Source of the DNA: Verrucomicrobiota bacterium
GTDB lineage: Bacteria; Verrucomicrobiota; Verrucomicrobiia; Limisphaerales; CANJSG01
Assembly (NCBI GenBank): GCA_038203875.1
Contig: JBBRDN010000038.1
Location: 1-25,864, forward strand
Direction: 5' to 3'
DNA: 25,864 nucleotides
Position numbers and translations under genes: made by a program. The notes under the pieces are model-generated. The model was not told the DNA's origin. It did not search any database and worked only from the letters and a program-made list of their open reading frames with translations. Of the stretch, positions 15,819 through 24,455 are shown piece after piece. Position 1 is the first letter of the stretch. Each line of letters begins with the position of its first letter.

Positions 15819-17143
15819 TTCCAGATGAGATGGGCGAGGAAAAGGACCCCGAGACCGTAGGCGAGCGGCGTGACTTCACGGCCCCGGCCGCAGCCAAGCA
15901 TGAAGCCGACATAGACCACGAACCCGACCGCCATGCCTTCCGCGATGCTGAAACCGAGCGGCATCAGCAGCATGATCAGGACTGCCGGAACCGCCTTGGC
16001 GAAGTCGCGCAGATCCAGCTCGGCGATGCTTTGCATCATGAAGATGCCGACGATGACCAGAGCCGGGGCGGTTGCCGCGGCAGGGATGATCGCAATCAAC
16101 GGATTGAAGAACAGCGCAAGTAGGAAGCACGCGGCCGTGGTGATTGCGGTGAGTCCGGTGCGACCGCCCGCTTCGACACCCGCGGCGGATTCGATGTAGC
16201 TTGTGACCGTCGATGTTCCGAGCGTGGAACCCACCATCGCGGCCGTCGCATCGGCCGTGAGGGCGCGACCGATCCTGGGGAGGTTGCCATTTGCATCGAG
16301 CAGGCCGGCGCGTTGGCAGACACCGATGAGCGTTCCCATGTTGTCGAACAGGTCCACGAAGAGCAGCGCAAACACGACCGGAAGACACACGCGCCAGTTC
16401 TGCCAGAAGTAGCCGAAGTCCAGTTGGAAGAACGTAGGCGCCAGCGACGCCGGAGCCGCGACGAGCGACGCCGGCAATGAGGTCATCGCCGTTTCCACGC
16501 CATCGGCGCCTTTCGTCTTCAGGAAAAAACCGGCCGCCGTCAGTGCCAGAACGCCAAGGATGATTGCTCCCGGAACCTTCCTCGCGACCAGCACAGCCGT
16601 GAGGATGAGCCCCACCAGAACCAGCAACGGGCCTGGTTGCCCAAAATCGCCCAGCGTCACGAAGGTGGCCGGGTTCGCCACGATCACGCCGCCGTTCTTC
16701 AATCCGATGAACGCGATGAACAGACCGATGCCGCAGGTGATCGCGAGCTTCAGCTCACGCGGAATCGCCTCGATCAGGCGGCGCCTGATGCCGGTGATGG
16801 ACAGGACGAAGAAGATGGCGCCGCTATAGAAGACGAGCCCGAGCGCGGCCTGCCACGGGATCTTCATTGCCCCGCAGACGGTGAAGGCGAAGAAGGCGTT
16901 GATGCCCATCCCGGGCGCGAGGGCGATGGGATAGTTCGTCATCAACGCCATCAGGACCGTCATCAGGGCCGAGGCGAGAGCGGTCGCGGTGATGAGCGCG
17001 CCCTTGTCCATTCCGCTGGCGCTCAGGATTCCGGGATTCACCGCGAGGATGTAGGCCATCGCGGCGAACGTCGTCAGGCCGGCGACGAGCTCCTTGCGGA
17101 CGGTGGTTCCGTGGGCGTTCAGTTGGAAGAGGCGTTCCAGCAT
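15815..17143 (-). CDS. NCS2-family purine base permease (AzgA/PbuG-type adenine/guanine/hypoxanthine transporter)
   Basis: The ATG at 17143 gives MLERLFQLNAHGTTVRKELVAGLTTFAAMAYILAVNPGIL, the hallmark N-terminus of AzgA-like permeases, with ~12 or more hydrophobic helices. The upstream 57-codon extension in the ORF track is Arg/Pro-rich and non-protein-like. Confidence 0.9.
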   Translation of the reverse strand: MLERLFQLNAHGTTVRKELVAGLTTFAAMAYILAVNPGILSASGMDKGALITATALASALMTVLMALMTNYPIALAPGMGINAFFAFTVCGAMKIPWQAALGLVFYSGAIFFVLSITGIRRRLIEAIPRELKLAITCGIGLFIAFIGLKNGGVIVANPATFVTLGDFGQPGPLLVLVGLILTAVLVARKVPGAIILGVLALTAAGFFLKTKGADGVETAMTSLPASLVAAPASLAPTFFQLDFGYFWQNWRVCLPVVFALLFVDLFDNMGTLIGVCQRAGLLDANGNLPRIGRALTADATAAMVGSTLGTSTVTSYIESAAGVEAGGRTGLTAITTAACFLLALFFNPLIAIIPAAATAPALVIVGIFMMQSIAELDLRDFAKAVPAVLIMLLMPLGFSIAEGMAVGFVVYVGFMLGCGRGREVTPLAYGLGVLFLAHLIWK

Positions 17144-17166
17144 GATGGGGGGTGGAGTGGATGCGT

Positions 17167-19053
17167 TCAGGGACTTGGCAGGACACGGACGGAAAGGGAC
17201 GAAGGCGCGGCGGCGGACCGGTAGACGCGTTGCGTGGCCTTGCGGAAATCCTCCGGCTTCGCCTGCGGGATGGTCACGAAGATCTGGGGATTGCGGTCGA
17301 CGAGCGGAAACCAAGAGCTCTGCACGTGGATTACGACGCGGTGTCCGCGACGGAAGGTGTGGAAGACATCGGGGATGGTGAACTCGATCTTCGTCTGTTT
17401 TCCGGACTCCATCGCCTCAGGTTTCTCGAAGCTGTTGCGGAACTTCCCGCGCATCACGTCGCCTCGGACGAGCTGCTGGTAGCCGCCCATCTTCACGTTC
17501 GCCGGATTCGGAGTCGGATCGGGGAAGTCGCCCGAGTAGGCATCGACCAGTTTGATCACCCAGTCGGAGTCGGTCCCGGTGGTCGAGACGTGAAGCGTGG
17601 CCTTCAGCGGACCGGCCATGGTGAGGTCCTCCGTCAGCGGCTCGGTCTCGTAGACGAGCACGTCCGTCCGGCTCGCGGCGAGCCGCTGGTCTTCGAGCGG
17701 GTAGTGACGCGGATAGCTCGTCGACATCTCCGCAGTGTAGGGAACCGGTTTCGCCGGATCGCTGACGTATTCATCGAAGGCCTCGCCGGTCGACGTCGGC
17801 GGTGCGAAAGCCATCTTGCCCTTCGCCTGAAAGTAGAGCGTCCGCTCCACTGATTTCTTAGGCGGCCAGGCATCGAAGCGTTTCCATTGAAGCGTGCCCA
17901 TCTCGAAGACCATGGCTTCTGGCAGCGCGAAATTCGTGTCGTCCTTCAGATAATGCCGGAAGAATGGAAGCTCGATCTTCTCGCGGTAGAACTCGGAGGT
18001 CTTCGCCTTGAAGTCGACGCTGCCGAGCTTGTCGCCAGGGCCTCGCCCCCAGGCACCGTGCGACCACGGACCCATCACAAGGAGGTTGGTGATGCCGGGG
18101 TTCAGCTTCTCCGTCCAACGGTAGGTCTCGAGCGCGCCGAACAGATCCTCGGCGTCGAACCACCCGCCCACGGTCAATACGGCGCAGCGGACGTTCTTCA
18201 AGTGGGGCCGGATATTGCGGGCCTTCCAGTAGTCGTCGTAGGTGGGATGCGACAGGAACTCCTTCCATTCGGGAACCCGGCCTTTGAGATGTTTCGACTC
18301 CAACTCGGACAACGATCCCGCGCGCAGGAAGAAGTCGTAGCCATCGGGCGTGCCGAAGTTGAAAGGTTTCAAGTCCTCATGCAGCGGATCTTCGGCGCGT
18401 TGGGCGAATGTATGAAAGAATCCCACGTTCTGTGTGAGGTAGACGGCGCCGTTGTGGTGCATGTCGTCGCCGATGAACCAGTCGGTGATCGGCGCCTGCG
18501 GCGACGCGGCCTTGAGCGCGGGATGGCCGTCGATCATGCCCATGGACGTGTAGAAGCCGGGATAGGAGATGCCGAACATGCCGACACGGCCGTTGTTGTT
18601 AGGGATGTGCTTCACCAGCCAGTCGATCGTGTCCCAGGCGTCGCTGCTTTCATCGATGTCTTTCGGGCCGCTCTTGGCCGGATTGAACGGGCGCACGTGC
18701 ATGAAGACCCCCTCGGAGCCGTAGCGCCCGCGCACGTCCTGCGAGACGAGGATGAACTTGTCCTTGGCCAATGTGAGGAAGGAACCCGACGGATCGCCGA
18801 AATTCGCCGAGCCATAGGGCTTCAGCGCATAGGGCGTGCGCGTGAGCATGATCGGATACGGCTTCAGGTCGTCCTTCGGAGCATAGACGCGCGTCATGAG
18901 CTTCACGCCGTCGCGCATCGGGATCATGTGCTCGAACTTGGTGTAGTGCTCGGCGAACCACGCGGCGTTGTTCGTAGCTGATGCATCCGCGGCATGCAGG
19001 ACTGTCACGGGCGCGAGGAGAAGGGCGAGCAGGAGAAGGAGAACGGGCTTCAT
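17167..19053 (-). CDS. Exported CocE/NonD-family serine hydrolase (S15; X-Pro dipeptidyl peptidase / alpha-amino-acid ester hydrolase-like)
   Basis: The ATG at 19053 gives the signal peptide MKPVLLLLLALLLAPVTVLHAADA. It then reads MIPMRDGVKLMTRVYAP...IMLTRTPY, with nucleophile elbow GMFGISYPGF and a C-terminal jelly-roll region (ATLHVSTTGTDSDWVIKLVD). The 116-codon upstream extension is rejected. Confidence 0.85.
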   Translation of the reverse strand: MKPVLLLLLALLLAPVTVLHAADASATNNAAWFAEHYTKFEHMIPMRDGVKLMTRVYAPKDDLKPYPIMLTRTPYALKPYGSANFGDPSGSFLTLAKDKFILVSQDVRGRYGSEGVFMHVRPFNPAKSGPKDIDESSDAWDTIDWLVKHIPNNNGRVGMFGISYPGFYTSMGMIDGHPALKAASPQAPITDWFIGDDMHHNGAVYLTQNVGFFHTFAQRAEDPLHEDLKPFNFGTPDGYDFFLRAGSLSELESKHLKGRVPEWKEFLSHPTYDDYWKARNIRPHLKNVRCAVLTVGGWFDAEDLFGALETYRWTEKLNPGITNLLVMGPWSHGAWGRGPGDKLGSVDFKAKTSEFYREKIELPFFRHYLKDDTNFALPEAMVFEMGTLQWKRFDAWPPKKSVERTLYFQAKGKMAFAPPTSTGEAFDEYVSDPAKPVPYTAEMSTSYPRHYPLEDQRLAASRTDVLVYETEPLTEDLTMAGPLKATLHVSTTGTDSDWVIKLVDAYSGDFPDPTPNPANVKMGGYQQLVRGDVMRGKFRNSFEKPEAMESGKQTKIEFTIPDVFHTFRRGHRVVIHVQSSWFPLVDRNPQIFVTIPQAKPEDFRKATQRVYRSAAAPSSLSVRVLPSP

Positions 19054-19139
19054 GGGCCGAGGCTGACTTACTTCGGCGCCTCCGTGAAGCCCGCGGCGAT
19101 CTCCGAAAGCCGACTCGGCCGAGAGCAAAGCGGTCATGG

Positions 19140-20552
19140 TCAATGGACGATCCCCCAGCGCCGTTTGGCGAAGCCGTAGCTGATAGGCTTGGAATCCTGG
19201 AGCGCGGCGGCCCAGTTGGAACCGAGCCTGGTCTCGTAGGCTTTGATGTCGCGGTCGTAGTCGGCGATGAGCTTTTCCTTCAAGGCCGGTTCGGCGAAGG
19301 ACCACTTGAGCGAATTGCGGCCGCATTGGACAAGTTCGTCCCACGTGAGCGCGAACTCGGTCACGGCGGTCATGTATTCGTCGGTCATGTTCGAGTCCCA
19401 CATGCCGGAGTCGTCGGTCGAGAGCGCGACGGGAATGCCTGTGCGGAGCAGTTCCGCGAAATGGTGCTGGGAATAGTTGTCGACGTATTCGAGCAGCAGG
19501 TTGCTGACGAGGTTGATCTCCACCATGGCGATGCCGGAGCGGAGATGGAGCACGAGGTCTTCGTCGGTCAGGATGTTGTTGCCGTGGCCGAGTCGCGTCG
19601 CGCCGAGCAGCAGCGTGTCCCGCATGTGCGGGTTGGCCTCGTCCACTTCGCCCGCATGGATGGCGAGACCGATGCCGGAATGTTTGAGGCGCATCTTGCG
19701 GTAGGTTTCGAGGAAACGGCGCGGGTGGCCTTTGTCGTTGTCCTCGCGGCCGGCCATGTTGATGCCGACCCAGAGATCGCGGTGGCGGCTGACGAAATCG
19801 TAGGCCTGCTCGACCATCTTTTCGGCCACGGGCGTGAAGCGAAGCACCACGACCTGCCAGCGCATCTCGACGCCGGTGGCCTTGGCGTCCGCCTGTTCGA
19901 GACGGGACTTGAGGCGGCGATGAAGTTCGTCGGGATCGACCGCCGCGCCCTTCGCATCGAGGAGCCCGACGGGAATCGTCTGCGGCTCAATATAACGCAC
20001 GCCTTCGGCTCCGTAGCGCTTGGCCGTCTCGACCGTCATCTCCAGGAAGACGTCCACGCTGCGGCCCATCGCGCCGAGACGCGGCCATATCTCCTCGAAG
20101 AACTCGTTGCGGCCTTCGCCTGGGGCATCGAGGCGGAGCGAGTTGATGAACGCTTCGCGCTGCGTTGCGGAGAGGGTGTCGAGCGGGGTGAATTCGGCCT
20201 GGGCGCATGCAGGAAGCGTCTTCCAGGTGAACTCGGCGATGGTCTGGAACTTCCGCCAGGAGTTCGTTTCTTCAGGACATCCACCGGCTTTGAGGCGGGT
20301 GAAGAAGCGATTCCCGCCATTTCGCTTCGCATCGGGGGCGACGGCGAACAGATCCTCCATCCGCCAACTGCCGCCCGCGTGGTGGTGCAGGTCGCCGGCT
20401 TTGGGCATCGCGTAGAGGAAGCGGTAGAGTTCGGCCTTGGTGGCGTTCGTCTTGAACTGGTCGAAGCGCGCGGCGAACTCCGAGGCGGATGCGGAAAGCC
20501 GCAAAAAAGCACAGAGAGCGCAAAGGATAGGCAGCGCAAATCGGAGTTTCAT
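19140..20552 (-). CDS. Exported adenosine deaminase family protein (long, ADA2/ADGF-like architecture)
   Basis: Signal peptide MKLRFALPILCALCAFLRLSASA. Zn and catalytic motifs appear intact: GDLHHHAGGS (HxH), LAIHAGEVDE (His plus Glu), RLGHGNN and ALSTDDSGMW. The spacing from HxH to HAGE is ~243 residues, longer than in classical cytosolic ADA. The ATG overlaps the NUP stop (ATGA at 20549-20552). Confidence 0.85.
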   Translation of the reverse strand: MKLRFALPILCALCAFLRLSASASEFAARFDQFKTNATKAELYRFLYAMPKAGDLHHHAGGSWRMEDLFAVAPDAKRNGGNRFFTRLKAGGCPEETNSWRKFQTIAEFTWKTLPACAQAEFTPLDTLSATQREAFINSLRLDAPGEGRNEFFEEIWPRLGAMGRSVDVFLEMTVETAKRYGAEGVRYIEPQTIPVGLLDAKGAAVDPDELHRRLKSRLEQADAKATGVEMRWQVVVLRFTPVAEKMVEQAYDFVSRHRDLWVGINMAGREDNDKGHPRRFLETYRKMRLKHSGIGLAIHAGEVDEANPHMRDTLLLGATRLGHGNNILTDEDLVLHLRSGIAMVEINLVSNLLLEYVDNYSQHHFAELLRTGIPVALSTDDSGMWDSNMTDEYMTAVTEFALTWDELVQCGRNSLKWSFAEPALKEKLIADYDRDIKAYETRLGSNWAAALQDSKPISYGFAKRRWGIVH

Positions 20553-21583
20553 GGTTTTGGTGCTTCCTTCTCGAACGTGGCCCAGCCGTCGACCAGGGCG
20601 TTCACAACCTTGCTGCCGGCGAGCCAGGCGGATTCGAGGGCCGGTTCCATGCCGCTATATTCCTCGGTCATGCTTTCGGAAGACTTCTGGCCAGGCCTCG
20701 GCATGCAGTAGTTGCTGCCGGTGCGGAGGAAGAGCAGTCGCTGGAAATCCACTTTGCCCATCTTGGAAAGGCGCTCCATCGCGTTGCAGATGCCCTGATC
20801 CTCCATGTTGGTCATGACGAAGTCGCCTTCGCCCCCGGTGTAAAGCCTGGTCCAGTCGTTGGCCCACTTGGTCATCACCGTGCCATGCCAGTAGCGGCAG
20901 GAGCCTAGGCTCTCGCCAAGGATGACCTTGGGCGGCGCGGAACCCTTCTCGAAGCCTGTAAACTCGGCCCGGTGTTTCCTGGCCGCATCCGTTTCCGGAA
21001 TGGCGATGTCCTTGGTCAGAGAATAGGCCCAGCTCACGAGCGACGGGTTGAGCTTCCACGCCATCGGCTTGGGCGCCCAGGCGGCGTCCTTGGGAATCTC
21101 GTTCGGTTTCTTGCCGCCAATGGGGACGATGCCATAGGGCCATTCGGCGGGTGCTTCCCGCGAATCGATCTCGTAGGCGATGTCGCCATCGACGACCCAT
21201 CGCGCCCATGCGGCGCTGCCAACGGACGCGTTCTCGGGATCGACGCCCGCGATGCCGTTGACGAGCCAGTAGGTCTTGGAGAAATCAAACCGGGGATCGG
21301 CCATCAGCGCCATGACCTGCACGGCACTGCGGACGGTAGTGCCGGAGACGAACCCATAGACACCGGCTTTATTATAGCGCAGCTGTCGATCGACGCCGGG
21401 AACGACGATGGAATTGGTCAGTTTCGCGCGCTCGACCCAGAACTGGAATTCGCCCGGCTTGTCACCGGTATCGGCGCCGACTTCGAATGTCGCGACGACC
21501 ACCACCTTGGGGCGGATCATCTGGGCGGCGTCCGAGGCGCCGAAACCGAGAAGGAGTAAAATGATGGACGAGAGGAGTCTCAT
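20549..21583 (-). CDS. Exported 'purine nucleoside permease' (NUP, PF06516-like) family protein, soluble PNP/UDP-like fold
   Basis: The ATG at 21583 gives the signal peptide MRLLSSIILLLLGFGASDAAQ. It then reads KVVVVATFEVGADTGDKPGEFQFW, GVYGFVSGTTVRSAVQVMAL and YWLVNGIAGVDP, as in NUP-family proteins. There is no further hydrophobic helix. Confidence 0.8.
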   Translation of the reverse strand: MRLLSSIILLLLGFGASDAAQMIRPKVVVVATFEVGADTGDKPGEFQFWVERAKLTNSIVVPGVDRQLRYNKAGVYGFVSGTTVRSAVQVMALMADPRFDFSKTYWLVNGIAGVDPENASVGSAAWARWVVDGDIAYEIDSREAPAEWPYGIVPIGGKKPNEIPKDAAWAPKPMAWKLNPSLVSWAYSLTKDIAIPETDAARKHRAEFTGFEKGSAPPKVILGESLGSCRYWHGTVMTKWANDWTRLYTGGEGDFVMTNMEDQGICNAMERLSKMGKVDFQRLLFLRTGSNYCMPRPGQKSSESMTEEYSGMEPALESAWLAGSKVVNALVDGWATFEKEAPKP

Positions 21584-21627
21584 TGAAACTGAACGGTCCC
21601 GGTGGGTGAACGGACGACGGACGCGGT

Positions 21628-21668
21628 CAAAGAAAAACCGGGCGGCGGACGAAAGTCTCGCCGCCCGG
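21628..21668 (-). terminator. Strong rho-independent terminator immediately after the TonB-dependent receptor gene
   Basis: CCGGGCGGCG (21638-21647) is the perfect reverse complement of CGCCGCCCGG (21659-21668). An inner GAC/GTC helix surrounds a 4-nt loop. On the minus-strand RNA the hairpin is followed by UUUUUCUUUG (plus 21628-21637). It starts 18 nt after the TBDT stop codon. Confidence 0.75.
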
Positions 21669-21686
21669 CTCAAACCACAGGAGGAA

Positions 21687-24104
21687 TCAGAACTTGAACG
21701 TGACCGTGCCTTCGGCGCGGAACGGCAGGTCGGCGACGATAGACTCGTTGCCGTAGACGTTGTTCGGCGCGCTCCAGTTCTTCTCGTCGGTGACGTTGAG
21801 AAGCGCGATCTTCGCGTCGAACTTCTTCGACTTGTAGAAGAGCGTCAGGTCAAGGGTGTATTGCATCGGGATGACGAGCGTTCCCGTGTTGTTGTTGTTG
21901 ATCTCGCTGGTCAGGACGACGTTCGCGGAGGCACCGAAGCCCTTGTAGATCTTGTAGGACGCGAGGACGTTCATCAGGTGCTCGGGAACACCCTGGCGCT
22001 GGTAGGTCCCGGGATAGGTCAGGCTGAAGAACCGGTCCTGGAACGGAGTGAGGCTCGTATTGCCGACGTCAAAGAGATCACCCGAATTCTGGGCGTGGAC
22101 CTTGGAGTCGGTGTAGGAATAGCCAAACGTCATGTAGAAGTTCCGCGTCGGCTGGTAGTTGGCCTCGAACTCGACGCCCCGGGTCTCGAACTCGGAAATG
22201 GCGCGGGTCTGCGAGTTCACGTTGCCTCGGGTCTGCTGATAGACCGCAAAGTTCAGGAACAGCTTGCCCTCCATGAGGCTCGACTTGGCGCCCAGCTCGA
22301 ACAATTCGGCCTGCGTGCGCAGGCTTCCCATCGCGAAATCATTGGCCCCGCCCGTCGTGTAGCCGCCGCCGTTGCCGACAGCGCCGGCACCGTTTTGGCT
22401 CCAGTTGTAGCTGAAGTAAGTCGAGACGGTGGGGGTGAGCTTGTAGATGGCGCTGGCGTTGGCGCTGGGCAGTCCGAACGTGACGCTGTCGCCACGGAGG
22501 AATCCGGCGGGATCCTTGTAGTCGAGGTCGACGAAGTCGATCCGACCGCCGCCGAGGATCGAGAACTTGTCGGTGATCCGCCAGTCGTGCTGGTAGTAGG
22601 GCCCGACGAAGAGCGACTTGGATTCGCCGGAATCGCCGTTGTCCGGAGTGTAGAAACGTCCGGGCCATCCCGGGACGGGCACGCTGGTGAACGGGTTCGG
22701 GAAGTTCACCGAGTTGTAGAGGTTGATGAAGTTGTGATCCTTCGTCAGATCCCAGGCGTTGGCCGGCTCGGAAAAGAAGTCGTTGTAGGCCTTGACCTGC
22801 TGGTAGCGGATATCGAGTCCGGTGTTGATCTGGTGGCTGTCGAGGTTGAAGCGGAACTCGGTGCGGTTCTCGATGCTCCAGCTCGGATTGATGATCTCGG
22901 AGTAATAGTAGGACGAGAATGTCTCGCGATCGACGAAGCGGAACAACGTGTTGTTGCCGATGTCGAGCTTGGGCGTCGCATGGAAAGTCTGGACGAGCTG
23001 GGCGTTGTAGCTGAAGCCCTCGGAGTTGTCGCCGGGGCGCAGCAGGCGCTGGCTGCGGTCGATCTGGACCTTGGGCCCGAGCGCGATGCGGTTGACGGCC
23101 GGAAACCCGGAAGTGACCCAACGCGAGTTCTGCGGATCGGAGATCGGAGCGGGTGCACCGCCGACCACGTTGATGTTTCCGAAGGTGATCGGATTACCCG
23201 CTCCGTCACGGTAGCCAAGGAAGGCGCCGCCGGAGAAATCCTGAGCGGGATTGTTGTTCACGCCGGTTTGGTAGGTTCCGTTGTCGATCAACTCCTGGGT
23301 GACACGGTTGATGCCGAAATTCTCGGTGTATCTGGCCCAGAAGAACTCCGTGTTGAAGAACGCCTCATATCGCTCGCTGGGATTCCACTGGAGGGCTCCG
23401 TAGATCGCCTGGGTCTTCTTGAAGCCGTCGGAGTAGTAGCTACCCGAGTCCTCACCCGAATAGCTGACGCGGTAGGCGGCTTTCTTGCCCGGAAGCGGCC
23501 CGCCGAAGTCGGCTGACCAGCGGTAGGTGTCCCACATGCCGACCGTGCCGGAGACGTCGCCGTGGAACTCGTCGAAGAACGGGCGTTTGGTGATGAGGTC
23601 GACGTAGCCGCCGACATACTGGGAGGGGCCGTAGACCGCGGTGGCCGGGCCTTTGACGATGTTGACGGACTCGACGGAGTTAAAATTGACCGGCAGACCG
23701 TTGCCGTTGCTTGTCAGGCCGAGGCGCATACCGTTGACGAAGGTGTCGCCGATCTGCGTGCGGATGTCGGGCGTGGTGGGCGCGCCGAAGTTCGACCGCG
23801 TGTAGGAACTGGAGGTGAGCTTCGAGAAGTCGCGAACGTCCTGGATGCTGATGGCGTCGAGCTGTTCACGGGAAATGATCGTGACGTTGCGCGGCGTCTC
23901 GAGGATCGACCGGTCAGTGCCGTAGACCGAGTTGAAGGGACGGGCCGTCGGGACGACCTGCTCCTCCAGCGGCACGCCTTCGACGATGATACGATCGAGT
24001 TTCGTGACCTCGCTGCCGGCAGGCGGGGTGTTCGTCTGGGCAAGGAGCGGCGTCGCCACGCCGAGGGAGGCGAGCGAGACGGAAAACAGTTTCCGGGTTT
24101 TCAT
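21687..24104 (-). CDS. TonB-dependent outer-membrane receptor
   Basis: The ATG at 24104 gives the signal peptide [24 protein letters not shown] TonB-box-like DRIIVEG follows, then plug motifs ([25 protein letters not shown]) and a long beta-barrel rich in alternating aromatic residues. The C-terminus TVTFKF ends in Phe. There is no N-terminal STN/anti-sigma signalling extension and no SusD-like partner. Confidence 0.9.
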   Translation of the reverse strand: MKTRKLFSVSLASLGVATPLLAQTNTPPAGSEVTKLDRIIVEGVPLEEQVVPTARPFNSVYGTDRSILETPRNVTIISREQLDAISIQDVRDFSKLTSSSYTRSNFGAPTTPDIRTQIGDTFVNGMRLGLTSNGNGLPVNFNSVESVNIVKGPATAVYGPSQYVGGYVDLITKRPFFDEFHGDVSGTVGMWDTYRWSADFGGPLPGKKAAYRVSYSGEDSGSYYSDGFKKTQAIYGALQWNPSERYEAFFNTEFFWARYTENFGINRVTQELIDNGTYQTGVNNNPAQDFSGGAFLGYRDGAGNPITFGNINVVGGAPAPISDPQNSRWVTSGFPAVNRIALGPKVQIDRSQRLLRPGDNSEGFSYNAQLVQTFHATPKLDIGNNTLFRFVDRETFSSYYYSEIINPSWSIENRTEFRFNLDSHQINTGLDIRYQQVKAYNDFFSEPANAWDLTKDHNFINLYNSVNFPNPFTSVPVPGWPGRFYTPDNGDSGESKSLFVGPYYQHDWRITDKFSILGGGRIDFVDLDYKDPAGFLRGDSVTFGLPSANASAIYKLTPTVSTYFSYNWSQNGAGAVGNGGGYTTGGANDFAMGSLRTQAELFELGAKSSLMEGKLFLNFAVYQQTRGNVNSQTRAISEFETRGVEFEANYQPTRNFYMTFGYSYTDSKVHAQNSGDLFDVGNTSLTPFQDRFFSLTYPGTYQRQGVPEHLMNVLASYKIYKGFGASANVVLTSEINNNNTGTLVIPMQYTLDLTLFYKSKKFDAKIALLNVTDEKNWSAPNNVYGNESIVADLPFRAEGTVTFKF

Positions 24105-24336
24105 TTTGTGCAGTCGGTCCAAAAAGGAACAGGTGTGGTTGGTTGGAAATGAAACACGGCCGCGACCTAGGACATCTTCGAAGCCGTATCCGCAGTCGAG
24201 CAGGGTCCATTCCACCAAGTCAACCCCGGCCGTTCCAGCCCACCCGACGCAGGGCATATCGTCGGGATGCGCGCGCCTTCGAGGCGGTTGGTCGAGCAAA
24301 TCGAACTCCCCGACTCCTCCGGCTCGACAAGTCGGT

Positions 24337-24366
24337 TGAACAGGCGTGGACACTGGACAAGACTCC
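24337..24366. repeat. Intergenic direct repeat, copy 1 (TGAAC-A-GGCG-N2-GACACTGGACAA-N1-CTCC)
   Basis: An exact 12-mer GACACTGGACAA lies at 24349-24360, with flanks similar to copy 2. It sits in the divergent region between the TBDT gene and the adenine deaminase gene. Confidence 0.45.
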
Positions 24367-24422
24367 ATCCGTTATCCGCGCGCGGTTCGCTCGGTCCACC
24401 CGATCGCCGGGTTCCGATTCGA

Positions 24423-24455
24423 TGAACCGGCGACGACCGACACTGGACAATCTCC
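24423..24455. repeat. Intergenic direct repeat, copy 2 (TGAAC-C-GGCG-N6-GACACTGGACAA-N1-CTCC)
   Basis: An exact 12-mer GACACTGGACAA lies at 24439-24450, exactly 90 bp from copy 1. It ends 7 nt before the adenine deaminase ATG. Confidence 0.45.

Noticed and set aside
19054-19139. 10-bp palindrome CTCGGCCGAG (19114-19123) and an imperfect hairpin just upstream of the CocE/NonD start
   Set aside because: Short GC palindromes are expected by chance in DNA this GC-rich. There is no second copy or obvious function, so it is left as a possible internal promoter or processing region only.
17887-20711. Two long plus-strand ORFs (364 aa and 576 aa)
   Set aside because: They are antisense shadows of the CocE/NonD hydrolase and adenosine deaminase genes. 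They have no start context or domain signature.
21408-23516. 702-aa plus-strand ORF
   Set aside because: It is antisense to the TonB-dependent receptor. Its composition is dominated by V/E/D/G/R/L repeats (the mirror of GC3-rich codons) and it has no motif. The receptor frame has a signal peptide, a plug and a C-terminal Phe.
24105-24368. N-terminal extensions of ORF-track entries: TBDT to 24368, NUP to 21673, hydrolase to 19401, permease to 17314, SAM hydrolase to 13994
   Set aside because: In each case an internal ATG is immediately followed by a textbook signal peptide or the family-typical N-terminus. The extension is Arg/Pro-rich, overlaps a neighbouring gene or terminator, or both.
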